A stretch of 64,000 bases of DNA, taken from the NCBI GenBank assembly GCA_951406725.2, contig OX597818.1, positions 79,112,001 through 79,176,000 of the forward strand. The letters run 5' to 3'. This document shows, piece after piece, positions 52,945 to 64,000 of the stretch; positions within the stretch are counted from its first letter, which is position 1, and every line of letters starts with the position of its first letter. The notes below the pieces were generated by a model, which saw only the letters and a program-made list of their open reading frames with translations, was not told the DNA's origin and made no database searches. Both the position numbers and the translations under genes were made by a program. This stretch comes from Octopus vulgaris. Lineage: Eukaryota.

Positions 52945-55501
52945 GTGGGTTGAGTCAAAAGTTTTGCAATACTTCAGTAAATTATTTGCTTTATTCGTCA
53001 AATTACGCCAAAAGCAAACTAGCATTCAAAGTAGAGACCATCGTATTGCACCGACTGAAGCCACCTTCCTGTTATTTCTTTGATCCCACGCTGATACCAG
53101 TTCTTGTCCTTCGAGGCAAAGCACTCCTTCATTGGAGCTTGCACCTCCTCTTGGTTTATGAAACATCGCGAGCGCAGGAAGTGAGCCATGAATCATATCA
53201 AATAATAATTCGATGGTGCTAGGTTTGGACTATATGCTGGGTGTAGTAGTGCGTCAATTCACTCAAGTTCCTGGAGTTTATTTCGGGTTGTTCGACCGGT
53301 ATGAGGTTTTGTGTTGTTTTGTTGCAGAAGAGCTCGCTTTTTGTTAACCAACGCCGGCTGTTTTTGCCGCATAATGGCATACATCCGCTTCAACTTTTCA
53401 GAGTACAGGATGGTATCAACCATCTGGAACGAATTTGTAGTGAATTATCCCCTTATAATTCCACCGGGCGCAGAGCATCACCTTGTGTTTTAAACGCCCA
53501 TGTTTGGCGACAGTCTCCTGAAGCTGACCCTTGCTGAACAACTGTCTATGTACGTTAGGAGTGCAGAAAAATATATCCCTCAGATTATTACTTGTCCCTA
53601 TCGCTGGCTCATTTCCTGAACTCGCGACGTTTCGCCAACCAAGAGGAGGTGGAAATTTCAGCGAGGGAGATTTTTTTGCATCGAAGCGTGGTATTAAAAA
53701 ACTGGCAGGAAGGTAGTTTGAGAGAAGGTGCAACACTATGGCCCCTACTTTGAATGCTAGGTGGCTTTTGTTGTAACCTGACGAATAAAGTAAACAACAC
53801 TGTACAACAAATTTCAGGGTAAAAAACAACAACAGAGTTCCTATGCACATTTTATTATGAAGTTAATTGTACTAAATCCGAATTTTATAACAAAAATTTC
53901 CCATCGCATCACATTTTCCTGTAAAAATTTATACCAATTTCAACGATACTATAAATTTATTTTGCCCCCAAAGTCAGATTAAATATGTCCATTGCAATTA
54001 ATTCATAAATATATAATGAATCAGAATACGTTGGTTAGCATTATATAATGTATTAACCTACATTTTAGTATTTACTTCGTTTATAAAACGTCTCAGGTGT
54101 GTCACGCTTTAGTTTCCAGCAGAAGTCAGCCAGCATAGCTGGGCTCCATTTTCCCTTAAATCTGTTTTCCAGTGACGCTATATCTTGATAGAACCTCTCT
54201 CCGTATTCATCACTCATATCTCTTGCATTCTCTGTGAAGGACAGATGAGAATGAAGAAAGCGTATCTTCAGTGACATACTGCATCCGAGATCTTGGTAGC
54301 ACTTAGTTAGGCTCTCCACTATATTCTCTCCCTGGGCCACTTTCCAGAAATCCTTTGCATACATCTTTTAATGCATGCCAGGCCGCTAGCTCAGTTTCAT
54401 CAATTGTCGCTTCGAAGTCCTCATCCGCTATAAGCTGACGAATCTGAGGACTTACGAATACGCCCTCTTTAATCTTGGCATTACTGATTTTAGGGAAGAT
54501 CGCCTTGAAGTACTGGAAACATGGCCTGTCATGTTGCAGTGCTTTGGTAAATTGCTTCATTATGGCATCCAGGCGTCATAGTTTCCCGAGTATATGGCCA
54601 TTCTGAGTATACATAATGTTCTGATCTGGTCCTACTGTCCCACTTGCAAAGGAAGCACATAAACGTGGTGAATCTAGTTTGAAGCCTATTAAGTAGGGCT
54701 ACTACTTTCAAGTTCGCACAAATTAGCCACTCTTGCTCCTTGTAACTTATGCAGTCTAGAATAAAAGTGAGGTTCTCATATGTCTCCCTTAAAATGACTG
54801 AGTGAGCAACTGGAACTGAAGGCATGGTGTTCCCAGTGTGCAACATAACCGCTTTTATGCTGTAAAGGGATGCATCTATGAATAACCTCTACTCATTTGG
54901 TTCATAAGTCAGCTCAAAGGCATTGAATAGGTCTCTGATACCATTACAATAAGTCAAGTTGTTTTCCAAAGTGAAGAATTGTTGTAGAACTGCGGAACAC
55001 CTAAATTCTGCAGTTCGAGCATCTTTATCCAACAGGTTCCATTGTTGTAGGCGTGAGGCCAGGACTTCACTCTGTCGTTTAGTAAATGTTAGATAATGAA
55101 CTAGATCATTGAGTTCAGGCTGGGTGATGAGGTGTGGTTTCTTGTCAGATTTACCACGAATTTGGACCTATATAACTATAAAAATACTGAGTGTACTTTA
55201 TAATTTTCATAGGTTAAGTTGAAAAATACCTTGGGAACATCCAATTAAAATTATATCAAAATCTGTTCATAACTTTTAGAGTTGTGATTTCCGTCCCAAT
55301 CCTGTTTGTACTCAATTCCTACGGAACCATCAGTGTATTTAACGTAAGAGAGTAGTTTGCGAGAAAATGAAGGGTCACAGAGGGAAACGGAGGTTATATT
55401 CGTGATCTACACACAAAATGCCTCTGGAAAAGGTCATTCTCATTTCCGATTTTTTTCAATGTTATAGTGTAAACTATTGCAAAACTTTTGACTCAACACA
55501 T
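52945..55501. mobile_element. Fold-back Mariner derivative (two 3' ends facing outward) hosting a nested transposon
   Basis: TIR GTTGAGTCAAAAGTTTTGCAATA at both ends with TA. Transposase C-terminus on the minus strand 53020-53555 (KVMLCARW, QQNNTKPH, HPAYSPNLAPSNYYL) and again on the plus strand ~53610-53760. Confidence 0.8.
53798..55469 (-). mobile_element. Chapaev3-like (CMC/Transib-related) DNA transposon, internally deleted
   Basis: CACT..AGTG termini with caa/taa 3-bp flanks. Transposase remnant 54065-55140 with PHLITQPELNDLV, LICANLKVVALL..CFLCKWDSR, FLHSHL, SDEYGERFYQDI and MLADFCW. Family name is from recall. Confidence 0.8.
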
Positions 55502-55953
55502 TAACAATAACAACAAATTGGTAGGCCAGCATCTCGGGAAATACCATTTTGATTGGCTTATAAGGAAAAATGTTTTTGCCTTTTTAGTATAGTAATTTCT
55601 AGTGTTTGACGAACTGGATTGAAGATGACGATAAATATAGAAAAAAAAAGAAAGAAAAGGGTTTTAATGAAAAACAATTTTAACAAGTCATATTCCAAAG
55701 TTCGAAAATAAAACAAAACATGGTTTTACCTTTTGCGTGAGGTTATGCGTAAGAGATAACTTTTGAATTAACACTAAATTAAAAACTAATATTTTGAAAG
55801 CTGTCTTACTTTTTTTCTCGTAAATATGATCAGCCTACCAAAAGACTTCGATGTGAAACTGAATAATGAAGTTTAAGAATCACAATATAAGTGTGTGCGT
55901 GTTTGTTTTTTGCTTGTGTGTGTGTGTAGATGTGTGCCTGATAGAATGAGTCT

Positions 55954-56029
<76 letters not shown>

Positions 56030-56084
56030 TGTATGTGTATGTATAAGTGTGTGTGTGTGCATGTGCGCACGTACCTGTGTATGT

Positions 56085-56300
56085 CTATTTTTGTGCTTGC
56101 TCCCACCACTGCTTGACACCCGGTCTTGGTTCGTATACGTCACCGTAACTTAGCGATTCGGCGAAAGAGACCAACAGAATAATAAGTGCCAAGCATAAAA
56201 AAATATGAGTAATGGGGTCGATTCGTTCGACTAAAATTCCTTAAGCTGGTGCCCTATTATGAACGTAGTCTAATGACTGTAACAAGTAAAAGATAGAAAT
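56085..56300 (+). mobile_element. SINE family B 3' part
   Basis: Similar to 42735-42930. Confidence 0.7.
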
Positions 56301-56639
56301 ATAAAACAAATTAGATTGGAATATGTTTGACATATTAAAATACATCGCTATTCTTATAATACACTGACGTCAAAGTTTACATGAAAATCAAAAGGGTGAG
56401 TAATACTGATACAAAGAGAAAAAAACACTGAGAAAACAAACAAATGATTTAGCACTTCCGAAAGGTATTGTAGGAAATAAACCGTATCATCTCTTTATAC
56501 GTTTATTATAATAGATTAACTTTGAAAAGATTTGAATGGAGCTGTGGGTTGGGAATAAAAGCTAAATTAAAGTTATTAGCTTTGGAAGATGAACATCCTG
56601 ATGTTCAAAAAATGTGCTTCAGTATAACAAGTAATATCA

Positions 56640-57305
56640 AGGTATCGTGCTAGCAGAATCGTTAGCACGCCGGGTAAAATGCTTAGAGAATTCAAATTCC
56701 ACAGAGGTCGACTTTGCCTTTGATCCTTTCGGAGTCGATAAAGTAAGTACATGTTGAACATTTGGATCGATGTAATCGATTTACCCACTATCTCCAAATT
56801 GCTGGCATTGTGCCAGAGTTTGAACCAAATATCACTTTGCTTCTAAGGGTAGCGAGATGGAATCGTTAGCACGCCGGAAAAATGCTTAGCGGCAAAGAAG
56901 ACCACAATAAATCTCTTGTTTTGATATTGCTGAAATAGAATTATATGAAGAACTATTCGATCCATTGTTTCTTATTTTATTTCTTTAACCCGGCGACAAC
57001 ATTTTACTTACAGAAATGAAGGGCTCTACAATGTACCAGCTTTGGTACATTCAGTTAGCAATTCAACATACTCTGCATGGCAAAATTGATACAAATTTCG
57101 GCACAAGGCTAGCGATTTTCGGGGAAAGGAGTTAGTTGATTACATCAACCTCAGTGTTTGACTAGTTTATTTTATTTTATCTTATTTTATTTTATCTATT
57201 CTGAAAAGATGAAAGGTTAAGTTGACATTAGGGTGATTTGAACTCAGAAAGTAAAGACCCGAAAGAAATGCTGTTCAGCATTTTGTCTGACGCACAACGA
57301 CCTCT
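56640..57305. mobile_element. Degenerate SINE family A copies (two on +, one on -)
   Basis: Head and core motifs at 56640 and 56848 (+) and at 57090-57305 (-). Confidence 0.7.
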
Positions 57306-58298
57306 CCAATTTACAAGAAAGAGCTATGTCCACTGAAGACACATTTCATATAACAGCACATGTGATTTAAACCTATAGGAATGCCAACCACAAGAATGCT
57401 TAGAGTATACAGAAGCAAATTCTGCAAGGAACAACACAATAAAAACATGTTCGACTGTAAGTAATCGTGATCTATTTGGAATAACTACTTTAAAGTTTAT
57501 TGCATGGTGGCTGGATTTATATCTAATTTGGTGAAGAATGAATATTCACTGGTTGATTAATTAGGAGACTCACGTACGCAGTAAATGTCTTTAAATTGAT
57601 AAGCCGTGTATTTGTTAATGCTATTAAACTTTATCAGATTTTCGGTTTCTCATTGATTTCATTGATGCAACAGGGATGCGTATCGATAGGAGAACAGTAT
57701 GGATTGATAAATCTGTTGATACAAGTAGATGAGAGAAAGCTGGATGAAAAGTAAAGAGATGTTCCTGGATGTTTAAAGAGTTATAACTGATTTAACGAAA
57801 CTAATTACAAATGAACTGAACGAAGCAGTGAAATGTTAAAGCATAACAACTTAGACATAAACAACTTAGACAAGGAGAGAAACTTTTGTAAATGCAAAGC
57901 CGTCAAAGTACAGGGTATCATCAAAGCGACTTCTTACATACATGTACACATACACACATTCATATGTGTATAAGTATACACATATATGTGTGAGTGTGTG
58001 TACATACACTCACATACGTACACATACAAACATACATACATTCATGCATGCATGAATGCATACATACATACATGCATGCATACATACATACATACATACA
58101 TACATACATACATACATACATACATACATACATACAAAAATACCATGTTGCTTGAGGCTTGGTTCCAAGTGAGAAACCGGCTCTTTCTCTATTGGCAAGA
58201 AATCTTGAAATAAAATTGAATAATGACATACATACATACATACATACATACATACATGCATACATGCATACATGCATACATAATGCACACAGATATGT

Positions 58299-58342
<44 letters not shown>

Positions 58343-59729
58343 ACACACACACACACATACATATACAGGATGCGCGCTGAAAAATTCCTGGCTTTAAAGG
58401 TGTCGTGAAAGGCCTGGTTGAAGTTACGAGTTCTTTTACAGGGCTTATATATGAAAACTGAAGGATCGCTGCGTAAATGTGAGAATCTGAAAGGGCAATA
58501 TGCAAGTTAAGATGGGATCGCTTGACGACAATATAACCTTTATTTGACAAAGGTATCTTTGGCCCGACCAGTAGCTATCGGATTATTCCACATTTGAGTA
58601 ATTACTACTTCCAAGTTTCTGATAGCTAAGAAACATATAGGCGGGATCTTATCTGCTCCATTCCCTAAATTTGGTTGTTTATTCACATACACAGCAACCC
58701 CAGTTGCTAAGAGTAAACTACAAAATAACTTTTTTCAGCTTATATTCGATATGGGAAAAATTTACAATCTCTACGTCAATAAACAGCTACTGTCCTTGAA
58801 AGTTGTTTTTTGTATACCTTCAACGGAGTGCACAAGCTTACTAACTTCCTACACCTTGATCCTTGGATCTTACATTTACATATTACTATATACTAGGAAA
58901 TCTACCCATCTACAATGTAGGCATAAAATGAGGGAGCGAAATCACTACAGCAGTATGTATTGAGAAATGTGTAAATGGACTTTATAGATTACTAGGTGAT
59001 GCCTTAGAGAAATTACATTATTGTTGGTGATACAGCTTTCTATCGCAGATATATGAAATGTGTTTGCAACTAAGTGACATGTGATGACGATTCACTCCCA
59101 AACTGAAATAGGCTCCAGGCCTTTGTATCATGAATGGTTATGTAGACCACTCCTAACGAAAGCCAGAGTTTCCTTCGATCAATATATAAAAAGTATTAAG
59201 AAAAATATGTTATTTAAATATACTCTTATTTTAGTTGTTTACACTATTTTATGCTTGTTTATACTCTTATACATTCAAAGTTCACAAATTTCTTTATTTA
59301 AATTATGAATCATATTCCTTTCGATTATATCAATATAATTACAAAACTTCTTTGTAAATGATATTTTCTGTTTGGTCGACACTAATTTTCAAATTACTGG
59401 ATTCCGTTGCTCTACTCATCACGACGTATAACTGGCCGTGTGTAAACATCGGAGTGGGTAAAAATACACCTACACGATCTAGAGTCTGGCCCTGAGCTTT
59501 GTTTGCTGGGAATGCGCGAGCGAAATCTTTAGGGTTGCAAAAAATCAAAATAAGACTTAACTCTCCCTGTTGTATGCAAATAATGTCAGGATGTTTTAGT
59601 ACCACGGGTTATTTTGATTGACAAAACTGAAGTGTAGACAGCAGCCGCTTCAGTTTTACATTTAAGAGATGAGGAATTATGTACATTATTTAAATTTGAC
59701 AGATATTTGTCCTTATCTTGTATGTTGTT

Positions 59730-59775
59730 AACACAACGTTTCGGCTGATATACCCTCCAGCCTTCATCAGGTGTC
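59730..59775 (-). ncRNA. Minimal type-I hammerhead in the inverted SINE-E tail
   Basis: GACAC-CTGATGA-A-GGCTG..CAGCC-GAAA-CG-TT-GTGTT; stem III reduced to the palindrome ACGT. Confidence 0.7.
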
Positions 59776-59811
59776 TTGGGGAAGTTTCGAACCTGAGTTC
59801 TCATTCCTAAA

Positions 59812-59880
59812 GTATGGCGTAGTGGTTAAAAGCGCGGACTGCTAACCCCAAGATTCCTAGTTCGATTCCAAGCAGTGACC

Positions 59881-59943
<63 letters not shown>

Positions 59944-60090
59944 TTGAAAAATACCTTAAGAATGAGGACACAGGTTCGAAATTTCCCCAAGACACCTGAT
60001 GAAAGCTGGAAGGTATATCAGCCAAAATGTTGTGTTAACAACAAATAAGATGAGGACAAATATCCGTCAAATGTAAATAATGTAAAAAAA
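59812..60090 (+). mobile_element. tRNA-headed SINE family E with hammerhead tail
   Basis: A-box TGGCGTAGTGG, B-box GTTCGATTCC, (AAT)n spacer, tail with hammerhead at 59991-60036 (GAAA decayed to AAAA). Confidence 0.8.
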
Positions 60091-60719
60091 ATGAACAGCC
60101 GCTTCGATTAGCTCTTTCGAATCCTGTTCGAAACTGACACATTTCAATAACCACTAAATAATCACACGCTATTATAGACTGACACATACTTTTTCCATTT
60201 TATTTTCGCCTTAACCGCTCTTGCGACACCTTCATATTTATGATGGGGCAACGAACTATATGATAAAGATCCAGAGTTATTGGTGGTCGGTGAAGTTTTG
60301 ATAAAAATGTGTGGGTGATTCATCAATTCAAAAATCGATATCCACGAAATAATCATACTTTCTTATTTTTTAATGTTAAAAGCCTTCCTAGCGACAATCT
60401 TTGTAATCCCGTAAAATATCGTAACCATTGGTCCAGCCGTCTGGCCATGAAGTGGGAACAGACAAAGAGACGAACAAGCGGACAGACAGACATACATAAC
60501 GCCCATTATTTTAAGATAGTAAATCTGCTCATCTACGATGGGAAATGAAGGGATAGTATCGCAAATCTAAACCTTCTAAATTCACGAATTATACGGGGTG
60601 AAGTGGGTTGGATCTAGAGTTAATTCTTGTCATCAGTATTTTAACAAAAGAAATCAAGGATGATTTATTAATAATAAACTCAATATCCACTAAATAATCT
60701 TACTTGTTCACATTTTTTC

Positions 60720-60850
60720 GTTAAAAGCCTTCCTGTTTTCCTCCTTCGTAATCTCGAAAAACGTGACCATTGGTCCTGCCGTTTGACCGTGAAGAGGGAA
60801 CAGATAGACAGACGGACAAACGGATGAACATAACGCCCATTATTGTAAGA
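60720..60850 (-). mobile_element. Second Helitron 5' terminus
   Basis: Diverged copy of 60376-60516. Confidence 0.65.
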
Positions 60851-61553
60851 TGTGTGTGTGTGTGTATAATGTTTCCATATTTCATGTAGACATTGCGAGG
60901 TTGATAACCTGGTGTAGAACTCAATATACGTGTGCTTCTGAACGAAGAGTTAGTCGAATACAAGGTGGTAATTAGAAGAGACGCTAGACGACTAACCAAT
61001 TATCTTATAAATTTCATTACCTTACAACCATTTCCCCTATGAGATACGGTGAACTCATAACTGTGTTCCTGAGTAACACCTTACAATGTACGTGTGTATT
61101 TGTATTTTATATGTCTGTGTGTGTGTTTCTGCTTACGTGGTGTGTATATATGATGATATAATGTAAATGGCTGACAATTATACAGACTCTTGTACTTATA
61201 TATAATTCTAAAATGGAATTAGTATGGGCAGAGTGAGGCAACGTATGGCAAGATAGCCTTCGATTCCCTATCAGCTGTTCTTGGATATAGTTTCCTTGTC
61301 TCGAATTCCACTGTCTAGCCTGGTCTCAATTTACGGCTATTTTACAATTTACATCGTACGTATGTATTTATACAGTTATGTATGCATGCATTTGTATATG
61401 TTTGTATGTATACATGAATGTGAGCATGTATATTTGTATGTATGTGTGTGATATATGTATGCTTTTATATATCTTTATATGTCTATATGTTTCTATGTAG
61501 GCATGTACATTTGGGTGCATGTATGCATGCTTTTATGTACATGCTCGTATGAA

Positions 61554-61880
61554 TGTGGCTCAGTGGTTAGGGCATCGGGCTCAAAATCACGAGGTAATGA
61601 GCTCGAATCCCGGACCGGGCTGCGTGTTGAATTCTTGAGCAAGACTCTTTATTTCACGTGGCTCCAGTTCACTGAGCAGTAGAAATTACTTTCGACGTCA
61701 CTGGTGATAAGCTGTATCGGCTCCTTTGCCTTTCCCTTGGATAACATCGGTGGTGTGGAGAGAAGAGGCTGGTATGCGTGGGCGACAGCTGGTCTTCCCT
61801 AAACAACTTTGCTCAGACTTGTGCCTTGGAGGATAACTTTCTAGGTGCAATCTCATAGTCATTCATACCAGAAGGTCCTT
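61554..61880 (+). mobile_element. SINE family C
   Basis: TGGCTCAGTGG A-box, GCTCGAATCCC B-box; body matches the reverse complement of 15201-15532. Confidence 0.9.
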
Positions 61881-62099
61881 CTATATATATGTATGCATGT
61901 CTATATGTGTGCACGGTATTATGTACGCATGTGCATATGTTTCTATGCATGTATCGGTGATTGTATGCATCTATCCATCTTTTCAGCCCAATATTTTTGT
62001 GAGGGTCGTGTGTTGGAGCCCTCAGGTAACTCTTCCATAGGATCCTATCGGAAGCAGCATAAATTCGGTATGCAGACTGGAATCCGAAATAAAATCAAG

Positions 62100-62683
62100 T
62101 GAAGCTATGGATATTATCCATCACGTTCTTGGTCTACCCATGTGGGTTAAGTTCAAGGATCCGTCTTGTGATACTTTCATGCGACATTCTAATCGCATGT
62201 CTGTAATACCGGAGACATGACCTCGCATCACAGAGAAGTAGTGGATTGACCTGGAAAGGCACCCTGATCTCTGAGTTACGCACCCTTCGGAGGAACTCCA
62301 TTTTGGTCACATGTATTTGTCATCGCACTATTTTGGACATTATCCAAAATGAATTACCATAGGCGTGGGTAGGTACGAGTACCAAACTGAAGATAGCGAG
62401 TTTGGAATTCTTACTAATCTTTTCTGTTCTGAGGATCGAATGATGGGGCTAGCGCATTATTGTGCCAGCACCTGCAATCTAGCATCCAATTCTCCCTTCT
62501 ACGTTCCATCACTCTTGAATACGATCCCGAGATACTAAAAAATCCTCCCTTTCTCTCAGTGATGTTTCACTAACATGCAGAGTGCGCTGGAAAAACTTTC
62601 TTGATGGAACTAATATATCAGACTTCGCAACAATAGTTCTTATCCCTGCCTTACAGCACACAGCAGCGAACCTATTCAGTGTA
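62100..62683 (-). pseudogene. RTE-clade LINE reverse transcriptase C-terminal fragment
   Basis: LNRFAAVC..K, F*YLGIVF..DG..ELDAR, KL.IF...LVPT..YG..FW, MEFLRR and RNSEIR motifs. Confidence 0.75.
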
Positions 62684-63109
62684 TATTTATTTATGTACGT
62701 ATGCATGCTCTATGTATTTATGTATGTTGGTGTGTGCATGTATGTGTATCTGTATGAATGAATGCTTGTTTGTATGTGTGTGTGTGTGTATGTGTGTGTG
62801 TATGTGTGTGTATTTATGTATAATTATTCTTTGCGTTTCATTTAAGTTCTACTTGGGAGATTTCAAACTGGTCGCTAACAAAGTGACAAGGCTATTTGAG
62901 TTAAGAGAGTCCCCCGTATTTGTAATTATCTGGTTGATTGAATTGTTGATGCATACATCTAAGTGTGTGCGACTATTCACCTAAATAATCTCAAATGGCA
63001 AATTTTTAGAATGTCTTAAAAATGTTCACTGTGACACTAATAGATTGGATTTGGAGAATCCACGTCAGTTTTGTTTGCTCTTTCTCCGTGAAACCGAGTA
63101 TTTCTAGGT

Positions 63110-63970
63110 TTTTGTGCAAATTCATTGGTACAAATCTAATGCACCTATGATGATAGGTACACAGCACCGACATTGGCGGCATCAACAATGGAAGGCGATA
63201 GTCTTCTCTGACGAGAGCCAGTACTGCGTTTCCAACTCGGATGGCATAGTGGGGGAGTGGCGTAGGAGGGGGAACGCTACAAAGACGTATGTGTCATGGA
63301 GAAAACGCGTCAGGTGGCCAAAGCATCATGGTTTGGGGTGTATTAGGCCTGAATCACAGAAATGGGCCCCATGTGCTCCAAAATGTTAGCGCAGGCAGAG
63401 GGAATGGCATCATAGAGCAGCGTTACTTTGACCAAATTCTAAGACATCATATTGTGTCTTTCTTCGCGCGTCACTATAGCTACATATTCCAACAGAACAA
63501 TGCTCATGCACGGCCAGGGTTACCAAAGACCTCCTGCGTCAGCCCAGCATCAGAACCATGCCGTGGCTAGCTCTCAGTCCGTATTTGAACTCAATTGAAC
63601 AGCTATGGGATGAAATCCAGAGACGGCTGAACCAGGTGGTCCAAACTCCGACAACTCTTGTGGAACTGGAGGCAGTTTTCCTCAGGATGTAGTCACAGGT
63701 ATCAACGGCTTTTGTGATCTGCTTTATGCACCCCATGTACCGACGGTGTTTGGCTGTTTTGAACACCCAATGAGAACATACATGTCAGCCTTACAATCTC
63801 CATGTGCTGGATCCGCTCACTACCAGAACACATGACAACGATCTATAAAATGTGGTTAACGTGCATCCAAAAAACTGACATTAATACAAAAGTGTATGTC
63901 TCTGACATAATGAAATTAAAACATATTTCACAGTCACACACATCATTCGTTTTTTTGTGCGGTTCAGCGT
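63110..63970 (+). mobile_element. Tc1-like transposon 3' half
   Basis: WKAIVFSDESQY, GGQSIMVWG, FQQNNA and PWLALSPYLNSIEQLWDE motifs, decayed. Confidence 0.85.
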
Positions 63971-64000
63971 ACGCATGTATGCTTGTATATACTTATATAT

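Larger units (their letters stand above)
59339..60516 (-). mobile_element. Internally deleted Helitron with PIF1-helicase C-terminal fragment
   Basis: NKAQGQTLDRVGVFL..FTHGQLYVVMSRAT..TENIIYKEVL* matches the RepHel C-terminus; minus-strand 5' end A|TCTTAAAATAAT..GTCTGTCTGTC..ACGGCTGGACC at 60516; 3' CTAG end not located. Confidence 0.8.

Noticed and set aside
59812-59880. tRNA genes at SINE heads (also 601, 42513, 46975, 61554)
   Set aside because: A/B boxes are present but there is no complete cloverleaf or acceptor stem, and each continues into a SINE body.

Overview
AT-rich, microsatellite-dense eukaryotic non-coding DNA made almost entirely of nested repeats; the SINE repertoire suggests Octopus/cephalopod (inference from recall, not a search). 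I can support no intact host gene, and most ORFs in the track are translated microsatellites. Recognisable content: decayed DNA transposons (hAT/Buster, Mariner, Tc1-like, Chapaev3-like, pogo-like MITE), Helitrons, LINE fragments (CR1-like, R4/Dong-like, RTE-like, Penelope GIY-YIG) and several tRNA-derived SINE families. The main signal is a set of type-I hammerhead ribozymes. A near-identical ~594-bp x 5.1 non-coding tandem array (31688-34737), embedded in (TA)n, carries one intact minus-strand hammerhead per unit and looks like a retrozyme / circular-RNA retroelement. Related hammerhead-bearing elements lie at 8.5, 30.4/31.0, 31.6 and 35.1 kb. A tRNA-headed SINE whose 3' tail contains a minimal hammerhead occurs at 47.0 and 59.7-60.1 kb.
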